A stretch of DNA of 64,000 nucleotides from Gammaproteobacteria bacterium (GCA_016874235.1 VGUJ01000004.1:8425-72424), one strand, 5' to 3'; counted from the first letter of the stretch, positions 32,562-42,922 are shown. The notes: generated from the letters alone by a model not told the origin. Numbers and translations: made by a program.

Positions 32562-33029
32562 ATGGATAAGCTCGACCGTAAAATCCTTGACGTCCTGCAG
32601 AAAGACGCGAATCTGACCGCCGCTGAGATCGCCGAGCGCGTCGGGCTCTCGAAAGCACCCTGCTGGCGGCGCATCCAACGTCTGCGCGAGACGGGCGTCA
32701 TCCGACGAACCGTCGCGCTGCTCGATGCCCGAACCCTCAACGTAGGCACGACGGTATTCGTCACCATCAAGGCGCCGAGCCACAGCGCAGCCTGGTACGA
32801 ACGTTTCGCGAAAGTCGTGCGCGAACTACCGGAGGTCACCGAATTGCATCGCATGAGTGGCGATGTCGACTACCTGCTTCGCGTCGTCGTACCCGATATC
32901 GAGGCCTACGATGCCGTCTACAAGCGACTCATCGGCGCACTCGACATGCTCGACGTCAGTGCGAGCTTCTCCCTCGAGACCATTAAATCGACGACGGCCT
33001 TGCCCCTCTCCTACGCTCGACTCGATTAA
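32562..33029 (+). CDS. Lrp/AsnC family transcriptional regulator
   Basis: 155 aa starting MDKLDRKILDVLQKDANLTAAEIAERVGLSKAPCWRRIQRL (HTH), plus a RAM domain. Confidence 0.92.
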   Translation: MDKLDRKILDVLQKDANLTAAEIAERVGLSKAPCWRRIQRLRETGVIRRTVALLDARTLNVGTTVFVTIKAPSHSAAWYERFAKVVRELPEVTELHRMSGDVDYLLRVVVPDIEAYDAVYKRLIGALDMLDVSASFSLETIKSTTALPLSYARLD

Positions 33030-33484
33030 CGCAGGCTCGAGGCCAACGAGGCGCGTACGGCAGCGAGTAGTGCCGCCTCACGTGTCGGGTCGAACATGGG
33101 CGCAGCATTCCAGTCGTACGCCCACGGATGCGCCACGTCGAGCGGTGATAGCTCGTCTCGATAGCGCGGGACGACGTGCGCGTGCAGAGCGGGCTCGAGG
33201 TTTCCAAACATCGCGTAATTGATACGTAGGGCGCCTGTCGCGGTGAGCAACGCATCGCCGAGACGACCCATATCCGATAAAAACTGATCGCGACCCGGCG
33301 CCGGCAAATCATTGAGTGTCGGCACGACCGGGTCAGGCAACAACAAGGCATACCCGCGCAAGAATTGACGCTCGCCGAAAACGGCCCAGCCCGAGGGCAT
33401 CTTGGCGATTACGCTCGGATCACGCCCTTCGCGCAAAGCCTCGACCCGACGATGAATCGCCGTCGAACCGACTCTCGCGCTCAT
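33026..33484 (-). CDS. HIT-family nucleotide hydrolase/transferase-like protein
   Basis: Trimmed to the ATG at 33484. EPALHAHVVPRY aligns with the histidine-triad region (HxHxx retained, first His missing). ATGA overlap with the upstream DUF486 gene. Confidence 0.7.
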   Translation of the reverse strand: MSARVGSTAIHRRVEALREGRDPSVIAKMPSGWAVFGERQFLRGYALLLPDPVVPTLNDLPAPGRDQFLSDMGRLGDALLTATGALRINYAMFGNLEPALHAHVVPRYRDELSPLDVAHPWAYDWNAAPMFDPTREAALLAAVRASLASSLR

Positions 33485-33828
33485 GCCGGACTCCGAAAGA
33501 TGAAATAAACGGCGCCGAATATGCAGAGGGCTGCCCAAAGATAGTCGAGCTTGATCGGCTGTCGCATGTAGAACACGGCAAAGGGTACGAAGACGGTCAG
33601 CGTCACGACCTCTTGAACGATCTTCAGTTGCGCCAGAGACAACTCTGTGTAGCCGATACGGTTGGCAGGAACCTGGAGGAGATACTCGAAGAGCGCGATG
33701 CCCCAACTGACGAGGGCGGCGATCCACCAAGGCTTGTCGTTCAGATTTTTGAGATGGGCATACCAGGCGAACGTCATGAAGACGTTAGACAGCACGAGCA
33801 ATCCCACTGTCGTTGCGATCACAGGCAT
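33481..33828 (-). CDS. DMT-superfamily small membrane protein (DUF486)
   Basis: Trimmed to the ATG at 33828. 115 aa with four TM segments: MPVIATTVGLLVLSNVFMTFAWYAHLK... Confidence 0.8.
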   Translation of the reverse strand: MPVIATTVGLLVLSNVFMTFAWYAHLKNLNDKPWWIAALVSWGIALFEYLLQVPANRIGYTELSLAQLKIVQEVVTLTVFVPFAVFYMRQPIKLDYLWAALCIFGAVYFIFRSPA

Positions 33829-33832
33829 AGGC

Positions 33833-34444
33833 TCACTCCGTCTCGACACCGAGTGCCCGCAAGGCACTGACGGTCGCATTGTGACCGGCATGGACGATGC
33901 CGTGCCAGCCCCGCACACGGACCGCCTCGATATTCTCCAGACGATCATCGATGAACACCGTCTCGGCGGGGTTCAATGAAAAACGCCGTTCGGTCTGCTC
34001 GTAGATGGCAGCGAGTGGCTTCATGACACCGGCCTCGAAGGACGTGACGACACCGTGCCCCAGTTCGTGCAATCGAAAGCGTCGTTGCAACTCTGCCCAG
34101 TGCAGATCACCGACGTTGGAGAGCAGGTAAACCCGATATCGGCTGCGCAAGCGCTCAGCGAGACCGAACATCTCGGGCTGGGGGTCGAACATGTCGACCC
34201 AGGCTGCAGCGACGAGCTCAGCGGAAGGCCTTCGCGGCGCGAGACGTGCGATATTCGACACCAACCCTACCCCGTCGAGCCTGCCGCTTTCGTGTTCGTG
34301 TAAATCGATGCGACTCGTCACCTGCTCGAGTTGGTCCACCTCGGCACCGTGATCACGAAGCAACTGCAGGAGCGGCATCGGCGCCAGGTGTACCAACACC
34401 CAACCGATATCGAACACAACATTTCGTATCGTCGTCTCAGACAT
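33833..34444 (-). CDS. HAD-superfamily hydrolase (subfamily IA variant 3-like phosphatase)
   Basis: Trimmed to the ATG at 34444. Motif I is VVFDIGWVL, motif III region is GVMKP, and motif IV is FIDDRLENI. Confidence 0.8.
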   Translation of the reverse strand: MSETTIRNVVFDIGWVLVHLAPMPLLQLLRDHGAEVDQLEQVTSRIDLHEHESGRLDGVGLVSNIARLAPRRPSAELVAAAWVDMFDPQPEMFGLAERLRSRYRVYLLSNVGDLHWAELQRRFRLHELGHGVVTSFEAGVMKPLAAIYEQTERRFSLNPAETVFIDDRLENIEAVRVRGWHGIVHAGHNATVSALRALGVETE

Positions 34445-35156
34445 GGTCCCGCACGGCGTGCGGCAGATCATGGCGTACGAGCACGGGTCGTCCCATCGAG
34501 CCCGGAATCAGGGAGATCGCAAAAGGTACCGCATCAATGCGGGTGCACAGATCGAAGTCGCTCTCGGGAGCCCAGTCCGCCTGAGAATCGAAAAACTTGG
34601 CGGCTGCCGGCGCGCCTCGTAAACGATCGGGCAGATTCGCAAGAGGAAACGCATGACCCTGTAGTGCGGCAATCATCGCTTCGCGACAAAGATCGTCTTC
34701 CTCGCAACGCTCACGGGCCTCGTGTCCCATGGCGACGATCGTGACGTCCTCGGGTGCGAGGGCTCTCACCGCTGCGATCGTGGCGGATAAATTGACGAAC
34801 GCCCCTGTGAACACATGACTGACCACGCGCGAGGCGGCCATCAGCCCCTGGGTTCCGGCATGAGTCGTATGGATGATCGTGCGTCCGGCGGGCTCTGCCG
34901 CGAGTACTTCGGATGGCGAGTTGCCGCAATCGAACCCCGGTAACCGCCGCGCATGGCGCTCGCCGACGAGTAACCACCCAGAGTGCTGGCTCTTCAGAGC
35001 CTTCGCCTCGTCGACACCTTCGATCGGGACGATCGCCTCCGCACCGGCTGCGAGGGCATGCGCCTGCAACGAACAGGCTCGAAACACGTCAATGACGATC
35101 GCCACGCCTCGTGCCGAGGCCGCGCCCGCCACGAAATCGGCGACATGGACGCGCAT
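34437..35156 (-). CDS. 2-phosphosulfolactate phosphatase (ComB) family protein
   Basis: 239 aa; VAIVIDVFRACS and LLVGERHARRLPGFDCGNSP are typical of the ComB family. The start is coupled to the decarboxylase stop (TAATG). Confidence 0.8.
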   Translation of the reverse strand: MRVHVADFVAGAASARGVAIVIDVFRACSLQAHALAAGAEAIVPIEGVDEAKALKSQHSGWLLVGERHARRLPGFDCGNSPSEVLAAEPAGRTIIHTTHAGTQGLMAASRVVSHVFTGAFVNLSATIAAVRALAPEDVTIVAMGHEARERCEEDDLCREAMIAALQGHAFPLANLPDRLRGAPAAAKFFDSQADWAPESDFDLCTRIDAVPFAISLIPGSMGRPVLVRHDLPHAVRDHV

Positions 35157-36340
35157 TAGTAATCGAGCCGCATCACGCTGCCGCGATCGCCGGGCGTCAG
35201 ATTGACCGAGACGACCGTGGCACGCGGGAAAAAGTTGAACTCCGACGCGCTCGCCCAGGTGTACGCGCCCATCGCACGACCGACGATGAGGTCACCTTCA
35301 TCGAGCTCAGGCAACACGATGTTTTCGGTGATGACGTCGATGCTGTCGCAGGTCGGGCCTGCGAGCACCGCGGGCTCACGACGCTTGCCGAGTTTCAATG
35401 ATTCGAGCGGGTAGCGCGCGTGATCGAACAGTTGTCCGCTATACGAGCCATAAAGTCCATCATCGAGGTAATACCACCAACGACCTTCGCGGCGCGCACG
35501 ACCCATGACACTCGCGACCCCGATGGCACTCGGCCCCGCGATGTAACGCCCCGGCTCGGCGATGATGCGCACGCGCTTTGGTAGCTTGGCGAGCGCGGCT
35601 CGGATCGGCTTACAAAAGTACCCGATGGCCGGCGCTCTCGAGGCGTAATCGATGGGAAAGCCGCCGCCGATGTCGAGCGTATCGCAAGGGCCGAGTCGTT
35701 CGCGACGCGCCGCCGCAAGCAGCCGTGCGCACGCCTCGATGGCCTCGACATGTTTGCCGGGGTCGGGCGCCTGCGAGCCGACGTGAAACGACAGGCCCCG
35801 TACCTTCACACCGAGATCGCGTGCTCGTCTTGCGAGCGCCAACAAAGATTCTGGATCGCAGCCAAATTTGCGCGAGAGATCGGAGACGGCACCCGGGCTG
35901 CGGAACGACACGCGTAGCAATACTTCGGCGGTCTCGGCGTACGGCACGAACTTACGCAGTTCGTCCGGGTTGTCGGCGACGAACACTTTCACCCCGCGCT
36001 TGAGGGCATCGCGAATATCCGCGTCGCGCTTGATGGGATGCGTGTGGATGCACAGATCAGGATCGACTCCCATGCGCGCCACGAGCTCGACCTCGCCCGT
36101 GGTGGCAAGATCGAGAAACCCGCCCTCTTGAAGTACGGTCTGTACGACGGCCGGATGCGGCAACGGCTTAAGTGCGTAATGCAGATCGACACCCGGTAGC
36201 GCACGATGCAACTCGCGATACTGCCGACGCACGCGCTCGCAATCGACGATCAGCAGCGGCGAGCCGAACTCCCCCACGAGACGACGGATCTCTCGCGGCT
36301 GGAACGGATCGATCAACGAGGATTTACGGCTCGGACTCAT
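35156..36340 (-). CDS. Fold-type III PLP-dependent decarboxylase (ornithine/lysine/arginine decarboxylase family)
   Basis: PLP-lysine region HYALKP, plus FHVGSQ, DIGGGFP, EPGRY and GPTCDSID motifs. ATG at 36340 (the track start at 36346 is a TTG). Confidence 0.88.
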   Translation of the reverse strand: MSPSRKSSLIDPFQPREIRRLVGEFGSPLLIVDCERVRRQYRELHRALPGVDLHYALKPLPHPAVVQTVLQEGGFLDLATTGEVELVARMGVDPDLCIHTHPIKRDADIRDALKRGVKVFVADNPDELRKFVPYAETAEVLLRVSFRSPGAVSDLSRKFGCDPESLLALARRARDLGVKVRGLSFHVGSQAPDPGKHVEAIEACARLLAAARRERLGPCDTLDIGGGFPIDYASRAPAIGYFCKPIRAALAKLPKRVRIIAEPGRYIAGPSAIGVASVMGRARREGRWWYYLDDGLYGSYSGQLFDHARYPLESLKLGKRREPAVLAGPTCDSIDVITENIVLPELDEGDLIVGRAMGAYTWASASEFNFFPRATVVSVNLTPGDRGSVMRLDY

Positions 36341-36379
36341 CGGCAATGGCTCGCTCTGGATGGAGGAATAACGCTGTGA

Positions 36380-37321
36380 TCAAAGAAAGGTCGCTGCCGC
36401 TCGGGATAGGCGATCGCGAACGGCATCCCACTGCGGGGACTCCGGCACGGACTCGACGAGAATACGTGAGACCCCGAGCTTGTCGAGTCGTCGCAACTCG
36501 GCATAGAGCGCGCGACCATAGGTCGCGGGGTCGCTGCTCGGCGGACATGCCAACGTGGCTACGCGCTCGCCACGCGCAGCCGCGGCGGTCTCAGCAGATG
36601 AGAGCGCCCCGGCGGGGACAAGCTCCAGTGGCGTCTGCGGAGCGTAGTGCTGCGCCGTACTGCCGGGAACGCGCGGCGTGTCAGCACCCGTGCCCACCTG
36701 CACGGACTCGCCGAGTGCCGATTCGAGATCGGCACGCGAGATCGAGCCCGGCCTCAAGAGTCTCGGAACCGCCTCAACAAGCGACACGATCGTTGATTCG
36801 AGACCGACCTCGCAGTCGCCGCCCTCGAGTACGAGCAGATCAGTCGGGAACTCTTCGCGAACATGAGCGGCCCGCGTCGGTGAGATACGACCATAACGAT
36901 TGGCCGAGGGCGCGGCGATGCCGCCACCGAATGCTGCGAGCAAGGCACGCGCTACCGGATGAGCCGGCACACGAATGGCGACCGTGTCTTGCCCCCCGGT
37001 GAGCGCGTCAGAGACCCGAGCCGAACGCGGCAACACGAGGGTGAGTGGCCCGGGCCAAAATCGACTCGCCAATGTTTGAGTCGCCGACGGGAGGTCGGAG
37101 ACCCAATCTTTGAGATCATCGGCCGAGAGTACGTGCAGGATGAGCGGGTGCGTCGACGGTCGGCCCTTGAGCGCGTACACCTTGCGTAACGCCTCGGGGT
37201 TGCGCGCATCTGCACCGAGGCCGTAAACGGTCTCAGTCGGAAAGGCGACGAGCTCGCCGGCGCGCAGCGCGGCGACGGCGACTGCGATGTCGGGTGCGAC
37301 GGCACCGGTTGAAGCAGACAT
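36380..37321 (-). CDS. L-threonylcarbamoyladenylate synthase, long Sua5/TsaC2 type
   Basis: 313 aa; a YrdC domain (VAFPTETVYGLGADA, KGRPSTHPLILH) plus a Sua5 C-terminal domain. Confidence 0.9.
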   Translation of the reverse strand: MSASTGAVAPDIAVAVAALRAGELVAFPTETVYGLGADARNPEALRKVYALKGRPSTHPLILHVLSADDLKDWVSDLPSATQTLASRFWPGPLTLVLPRSARVSDALTGGQDTVAIRVPAHPVARALLAAFGGGIAAPSANRYGRISPTRAAHVREEFPTDLLVLEGGDCEVGLESTIVSLVEAVPRLLRPGSISRADLESALGESVQVGTGADTPRVPGSTAQHYAPQTPLELVPAGALSSAETAAAARGERVATLACPPSSDPATYGRALYAELRRLDKLGVSRILVESVPESPQWDAVRDRLSRAAATFL

Positions 37322-37331
37322 GACCGAAAGT

Positions 37332-38297
37332 TTAGCCGACCGCCGACCACTCGCGTGCCAATTGCAGCACGCTGAGCGGCGCGGAGCCCTCGGCCTTGTT
37401 GTTGACGATGACGAGGGCTTCCCGCCCCTGCCCCACAGCGCCCCGAAGCAGCGACAGAATGCGATGACGCGACTCGGAATCAGGCTCGACCAAGCGGTCG
37501 AAGGGCGCGTACGTCGCTCGAGCTTCCTCGTACGCTCGGTCCCGTCGCAGCAACCACCGAATCACCATCGGCTCCTCGCCCGTGTCAAAGCGCGACTGCT
37601 CATCGACGTTTGGCATCCGCGGGTGGGCTGCGAAACCATAGGACACCTTGTGACGCGCGAGAAGGTCGGCGAGATCTGGGCCGAGCATCGCTGCATCACG
37701 CCACTCGACGGCGTATCGCACCTCTTTGGGAAGTGCCGACAGAAACCCCTCGAGACGCTCGAGGAGTTCGTCTCGATAACGCAGCACCCGATCACCGAGC
37801 GGCGAAAACTGAAACAGGATGATACCGAGCTTGTCACCGAGAAGACGCAGCGCGGGCTCGATCACGTTGCATGAGGCATAAGCCGCATCGAGGAAGACAT
37901 CCGGTACACCGAGGAGATACTCAGGTCGACGCGCGCTCTTCGGCAGCATCAGCGCAGCATGCGCCTTGATCAAAAATCGGAAGTCGTCGCCGACGGCATC
38001 GGCCATCCGCTGCAAGGTCTTGTCGTCGAGAGGTCGGTAATAGCTTCGATCGACTCCGACGCTACGCAGCAACGGATGTCGAGCGTATGCGGCGAGCCCA
38101 TCACGTGAGAGTTTCGTCTCCTCATACTCCCCGCCGTAGACGAGCCCCTGCCATCCGGGGAAAGACCACGTCGAGGCTCCGAAACGCAGACCTGACGGGA
38201 TCTTTGACGCGAGCAACCGTATGTCATCATCGAGCGGCGCCGCGACAACCTTGCCGCGCGCCGGTTGATCACCGAAGAAATCGACTTGCCCGCTCAA
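37332..38297 (-). CDS. DUF72 domain protein
   Basis: 321 aa; LRFGASTWSFPGWQG and the FRFLIKAH pattern typical of DUF72. TTG start overlapping the pfkB-type gene stop. Confidence 0.8.
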   Translation of the reverse strand: MSGQVDFFGDQPARGKVVAAPLDDDIRLLASKIPSGLRFGASTWSFPGWQGLVYGGEYEETKLSRDGLAAYARHPLLRSVGVDRSYYRPLDDKTLQRMADAVGDDFRFLIKAHAALMLPKSARRPEYLLGVPDVFLDAAYASCNVIEPALRLLGDKLGIILFQFSPLGDRVLRYRDELLERLEGFLSALPKEVRYAVEWRDAAMLGPDLADLLARHKVSYGFAAHPRMPNVDEQSRFDTGEEPMVIRWLLRRDRAYEEARATYAPFDRLVEPDSESRHRILSLLRGAVGQGREALVIVNNKAEGSAPLSVLQLAREWSAVG

Positions 38298-39232
38298 GCC
38301 TCGAGCGCGACGCCAAAGGCCTGCTTGTAAAGCTTCGCGAACTCTTCGCGACCGAAACGATGGTTCTGTGTACCGTGGTGGGCGATCTTGAGCGAACCCA
38401 TCAGCGAGGCGATACGGCCGGTGGTCGCCCAGTCAAGCCCTCGCTGCAAGCCAAACAGCAACCCGCCGCGATAGGCATCGCCACAGCCCGTCGGGTCGGC
38501 GATTTTCTCAGGCTTAACCGCGGGGATCTCGTGCAAGGCGCCATCGGCGTGGATGTGCGAGCCCTGCGCGCCACGCGTCACGATCAGCGCCTTCACTTTG
38601 CCCGCGATGGTCTCGAGCGACCAACCCGTACGTTCGACGAGCAGACTCGCCTCGTAATCATTGACCGCCACCCAACTCGCCTGGCCGATCATGGTCCGCA
38701 GATCGTCGGGTCCAAGCAGCGTCATCGCCTGACCCGGATCGAAGATGAACGGAATACCTTGGGCGGCAAACTGTGCGGCGTGCTCACACATACCGAGATG
38801 ACTCTCTGGCGCGACGATGCCGAGACGCAGTCCACCGCCCTTCGGCACCTTGTTGACGTGCGCGTGATTCATCGCCCCCGGGTGGAAGGCCGTGATTTGA
38901 TTGTTGTCGGCGTCGGTCGTGATGTACGCCTGCGCCGTGTATTCATCGTCGAGTTGGCGGATGTGGTCGAGCGGCAAGCCGTTGTCGATCATCCAGGCGC
39001 GGTAGGGGCCGAAATCGGAACCCACGGTCGCCATCACCTTGCCATCGCCCCCGAGGAGCTTCAGGTTGTAGGCAATGTTGCCCGCGCAGCCGCCAAAATT
39101 ACGGCGCAGACCCGGAACGAGGAATGCCACATTCAACATGTGGATGCGATCGGCAAGGATGTGATCTTTGAAGTGTCCTTCGAAGACCATCACCGTGTCG
39201 TAGGCCACCGAGCCGCAAATAAGTGCTGTCAT
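38294..39232 (-). CDS. PfkB-family carbohydrate/nucleoside kinase (adenosine kinase-like)
   Basis: 312 aa; GGCAGNIAYNL near the N-terminus and DPTGCGDAYRGG (PfkB signature 2). Confidence 0.85.
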   Translation of the reverse strand: MTALICGSVAYDTVMVFEGHFKDHILADRIHMLNVAFLVPGLRRNFGGCAGNIAYNLKLLGGDGKVMATVGSDFGPYRAWMIDNGLPLDHIRQLDDEYTAQAYITTDADNNQITAFHPGAMNHAHVNKVPKGGGLRLGIVAPESHLGMCEHAAQFAAQGIPFIFDPGQAMTLLGPDDLRTMIGQASWVAVNDYEASLLVERTGWSLETIAGKVKALIVTRGAQGSHIHADGALHEIPAVKPEKIADPTGCGDAYRGGLLFGLQRGLDWATTGRIASLMGSLKIAHHGTQNHRFGREEFAKLYKQAFGVALEA

Positions 39233-39250
39233 GTCTATCTCCGCAAAGAC

Positions 39251-39622
39251 TTAGCGATCGGGCAACACCAGCGCCCAGACGACCGCGAGCATCGCAAAGG
39301 ACGTGAACACCGCCGCAGAGCCCAAATCTTTGGCAAGTCCCGAGAGCTGGTGACGCTCGAGACCGATACGGTCGACCGTCGCCTCGATGCCACTGTTGAG
39401 CAGCTCGACGATCAAAATGATGAAAATGGGGCCGACGAGCAGCGCCCGCTCGACCCCGTTTTCGCCCAACCACAATCCGAGAGGAAACAGCACGGCGCAC
39501 AGCGCGAGCTCCTGCCGGAACGCAGCCTCCTCGCGAAACGCACCGACGTAACCCTTCCAGGTGTTGCCGAACGCGTTGATCAACCGGACGAGTCCGGTCG
39601 GTTTAGGTCGATCGGTTTTCAT
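39251..39622 (-). CDS. dgkA: Diacylglycerol kinase (prokaryotic DgkA)
   Basis: 123 aa with three TM segments and an EAAFRQEL...VELLNSGIEATVDRIG motif. Start coupled to the gcvPB stop (TGATG). Confidence 0.9.
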   Translation of the reverse strand: MKTDRPKPTGLVRLINAFGNTWKGYVGAFREEAAFRQELALCAVLFPLGLWLGENGVERALLVGPIFIILIVELLNSGIEATVDRIGLERHQLSGLAKDLGSAAVFTSFAMLAVVWALVLPDR

Positions 39623-41127
39623 CAGGCCGCCGAGTCTACCGGCTTCCAGGTGAGCTCGAGCTGCTTGGCTGCGCGAACGTCATCAAGACGCCGTACCGGC
39701 ATGGTGTAAGGCGCCGCCTTGAGCTTCGTTGCATCGCTCGAGGCTTCGCCCAAGATCGCCACCATGGCGTCGATGAACCCATCGAGCGTCTCGCGACTCT
39801 CGGTCTCGGTCGGCTCGATGAGCAAACACTCGGGGACGAGCAGCGGGAAGTAGGTCGTCGGCGCATGGAACCCGTAGTCGAGCAGCCGCTTGGCGATGTC
39901 CATGGCCGTCACGTTGAGCTCCTTCGCCTGACGCTTCATCGTGATGATGAACTCGTGACTCGCTCGACGATTCGGATACGCGAGATCGAAGCCGGCAGCG
40001 CGAAGCCGTGCCATGACGTAGTTGGCATTGAGCGTCGCGAACTCACCGACGCGGCTCATACCTTCTCGGCCGAGCATGCGCATGTAGATGTACGCACGCA
40101 GCAGCACACCCGCGTTGCCCATGAAGGCCGAGAGTCGGCCAATCGACTGCGGTCGATCGTTTTCGGTGAGCCAGCGATATCCCTCGCCTTCGCGACCGAC
40201 CACAGGCACCGGGAGGAAGGGCTCGAGTCGGGCGCTGACACCCACCGCCCCTGCACCCGGGCCCCCGCCGCCGTGCGGCGTCGAGAAGGTCTTGTGCAGA
40301 TTCATGTGGATGACGTCGAAGCCCATATCGCCCGGACGTACCTTGCCGAGAATCGCGTTGAGATTCGCGCCGTCGTAATAGAGCAAGCCGCCGGCGCCGT
40401 GGACGATGCGCGCGACTTCTTCGATCTTGCGCTCGAAGACACCGAGCGTTGACGGATTGGTGAGCATGATGCCCGCCGTGTTCGGACCCACTGCTTTCTT
40501 GAGGGCCTCGATATCGACGTCACCTTCGGCATCGACCGGAATCTCTCGTACGATGCAACCGCACATGGTCGCCGTCGCGGGATTTGTACCGTGGGCGGCC
40601 TCGGGAACGATGATCTCGTTACGCGCCAAATCACCGCGTGCCCGGTGATAGGCGCGAATCATCGCCACACCGGCGAACTCACCGTGAGCGCCGGCCATGG
40701 GATTGAGGGACACGGCCTTCATACCGGTCACTTCTTTGAGCATCTCCTGCAGCTCGAACATGCACGAGAGGAAGCCTTGGCCCTGAGTATCCGGTGCGAG
40801 CGGATGCCGCGAGAGAAACTCCGGCAGCATCGCATATTGGTTACAGGCCTTGGGGTTGTACTTCATCGTGCACGAACCGAGCGGATAGAAGTTCGTGTCG
40901 ATCGAGAAGTTGAGCTGCGAGAGGCGCGTGAAATGACGAACGACATCGAGCTCGCTCGCCTCAGGCAGCATCGGCTTGCTCTGGCGACGCAACGCCGCAG
41001 GCACCGCACCCAACGCCTCTTTCGAGGCCGATGCCACGGCACCGCGCAACGCCGGCGGATGCTGAGCCTCGGCGCCGCGGCCGTCGCGCGAATATTCGAA
41101 GATGGACTTTTCTAAGATTTGATTCAT
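39622..41127 (-). CDS. gcvPB: Glycine dehydrogenase (decarboxylating) subunit 2
   Basis: 501 aa with the PLP-lysine region [16 protein letters not shown]. Confidence 0.96.
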   Translation of the reverse strand: MNQILEKSIFEYSRDGRGAEAQHPPALRGAVASASKEALGAVPAALRRQSKPMLPEASELDVVRHFTRLSQLNFSIDTNFYPLGSCTMKYNPKACNQYAMLPEFLSRHPLAPDTQGQGFLSCMFELQEMLKEVTGMKAVSLNPMAGAHGEFAGVAMIRAYHRARGDLARNEIIVPEAAHGTNPATATMCGCIVREIPVDAEGDVDIEALKKAVGPNTAGIMLTNPSTLGVFERKIEEVARIVHGAGGLLYYDGANLNAILGKVRPGDMGFDVIHMNLHKTFSTPHGGGGPGAGAVGVSARLEPFLPVPVVGREGEGYRWLTENDRPQSIGRLSAFMGNAGVLLRAYIYMRMLGREGMSRVGEFATLNANYVMARLRAAGFDLAYPNRRASHEFIITMKRQAKELNVTAMDIAKRLLDYGFHAPTTYFPLLVPECLLIEPTETESRETLDGFIDAMVAILGEASSDATKLKAAPYTMPVRRLDDVRAAKQLELTWKPVDSAA

Positions 41128-41151
41128 GACGTACTCCAGTGGCGTCCGCGC

Positions 41152-42525
41152 TCAGGCGGCGCGCACAGCCTGTAATGCCGTACCGAGCGCGTTGGCGTAG
41201 CGCTCGATATCGCCGTCGGTCTTGGTTTCGGTGGCGCAGACGAGGATGGCGGAGCCGAGCTCGGGGTAATCGCCCGAGAGATCGACGCCACCGAGAATGC
41301 CCTGCGACTCGAGCTCGCGCAGCACCGCCTCAGCGGGCCGATCAAGGAGGAGCACGCTCTCGTGAAAACGCGGACCCGTGAACGCCTGACGTACGCCGCG
41401 CTGACGACCGAGCGCGGTCACGAGCTGATGCGTACGCGCCATGCTGGTCTCGGCCACCTGCGCGAGTCCCGCCGGACCGATGAGGCTCATGTAGATCGTC
41501 GCCGCCGTCATCAGCAGGCCTTGGTTCGTGCAGATATTGGACGTCGCCTTACCCCGACGGATGTGCTGCTCGCGCGCCTGTAGCGTGAGCGTGTAGCCAT
41601 GACGACCTTCGAGATCGACGGTTCGTCCGACGATGCGGCCCGGCATGGAACGTACGTACTCCATACGCGTGGTCATGAAACCGAAGTACGGTCCGCCTGA
41701 GGAGAGCGGTACGCCGAGCGGTTGTCCTTCGCCGACGCAGATGTCCGCACCCTTGGTGCCCCACTCCCCCGGCGGCTTGAGCAGCGCGAGCGAGGTCGGG
41801 TTGACGGCGGCGATGACGAGCATGCCCTGCTCGTGCGCCCAGTCGGTGAGCGCGTCGACGTCCTCAAGCTGACCAAAGAAATTCGGCTGCTGGATCACCA
41901 TCGCCGCGATGTCCTGACCCGCAAACGCCGCAAGCGCAGCGAAATCGATGCAACCCGTCTCTCGTTGGTACGGCACAGTCTCGAAGCGCAAACCTTGATT
42001 ACCGGCCGTGCTGACGGCGACACGGCGATAGTTCGGATTGACCGTCGAGGGAACGAGCACGCGCAGGCTCTTCGACTTGCGATGCGCCCGCACGGCCATG
42101 AGCGCGGCTTCAGCCACGGCGGAACCACCGTCGTAGAGCGACGCGTTCGAAACCTCCATGCCCGTCAGGCTCGAGATCATCGTCTGGTATTCGTGGATGA
42201 GCTGCAGCGTACCCTGACTCGCTTCGGCCTGATAAGGCGTGTACGCGCTGTAGTACTCACCGCGGGTCGTGATCGCCCACACCGCCGACGGAATGTGATG
42301 CTCGTAGGCGCCGGCGCCGAGGAACGACAGCGGACGACCGTCTTGTCGCGCACGCTCGCTCATCAATCGACCGATCTCCATTTCGGAGAGGCCTTCGGGA
42401 ATACCGGCGAGGCCTTGAACTCGCAGGTTTTGCGGAATCTCGTCAAAGAGCTCTTCGATCGACTTCGCGCCGATCGTCGCCAGCATCTCGCGGACATCCG
42501 CTTCGGTATGCGGGATGAACGGCAT
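41152..42525 (-). CDS. gcvPA: Glycine dehydrogenase (decarboxylating) subunit 1
   Basis: Trimmed to the ATG at 42525 ([15 protein letters not shown]), which abuts the gcvH stop. [14 protein letters not shown] motif. Confidence 0.95.
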   Translation of the reverse strand: MPFIPHTEADVREMLATIGAKSIEELFDEIPQNLRVQGLAGIPEGLSEMEIGRLMSERARQDGRPLSFLGAGAYEHHIPSAVWAITTRGEYYSAYTPYQAEASQGTLQLIHEYQTMISSLTGMEVSNASLYDGGSAVAEAALMAVRAHRKSKSLRVLVPSTVNPNYRRVAVSTAGNQGLRFETVPYQRETGCIDFAALAAFAGQDIAAMVIQQPNFFGQLEDVDALTDWAHEQGMLVIAAVNPTSLALLKPPGEWGTKGADICVGEGQPLGVPLSSGGPYFGFMTTRMEYVRSMPGRIVGRTVDLEGRHGYTLTLQAREQHIRRGKATSNICTNQGLLMTAATIYMSLIGPAGLAQVAETSMARTHQLVTALGRQRGVRQAFTGPRFHESVLLLDRPAEAVLRELESQGILGGVDLSGDYPELGSAILVCATETKTDGDIERYANALGTALQAVRAA

Positions 42526-42526
42526 G

Positions 42527-42922
42527 TCAGCCACCCTCCGCAGCAAGCACGGCAGAGTACGCATCGGCCGAGAGCAAGCCCTCGAGCGCGGACGCCGAGG
42601 CCGGCTTCACCCGAATCATCCAACCTTTGCCGTAACAGTCTTGGTTGATGAGTTCGGGCGTCGAAGCCAACTCGGCATTGCACTCGACCACGGTGCCGGC
42701 GATCGGCGCGTAGACGTCGGAGGCGGCCTTCACCGATTCGACGACGGCGCAGGCTGCACCGGCTTCGAGCGTACGCCCGGCTTCGGGGACTTCGACGAAT
42801 ACAAGATCACCGAGTGCGTGCTGCGCATGGTCGGTGATGCCGATCTCGACGAGACCGCTCGGCAACAAGCGCGCCCATTCGTGGCTCTTGGCGTATTTCA
42901 GGTCAGTGATGACTTGGCTCAT
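42527..42922 (-). CDS. gcvH: Glycine cleavage system H protein
   Basis: 131 aa with the lipoyl-lysine motif [13 protein letters not shown]. Confidence 0.97.
   Translation of the reverse strand: MSQVITDLKYAKSHEWARLLPSGLVEIGITDHAQHALGDLVFVEVPEAGRTLEAGAACAVVESVKAASDVYAPIAGTVVECNAELASTPELINQDCYGKGWMIRVKPASASALEGLLSADAYSAVLAAEGG

Noticed and set aside
36172-37002. 276-aa plus-strand ORF antisense to sua5/tsaC and the decarboxylase 5' end
   Set aside because: Arg-rich shadow ORF. The opposite strand carries clear YrdC/Sua5 and decarboxylase motifs.
38087-39709. 540-aa plus-strand ORF, the longest unassigned ORF in the track
   Set aside because: It is exactly antisense to the well-supported pfkB-type kinase, dgkA and the gcvPB 3' end. 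Its product is Arg/His/Asp/Thr-rich and low in complexity, with no recognisable motif. It is a typical shadow ORF of a high-GC genome.
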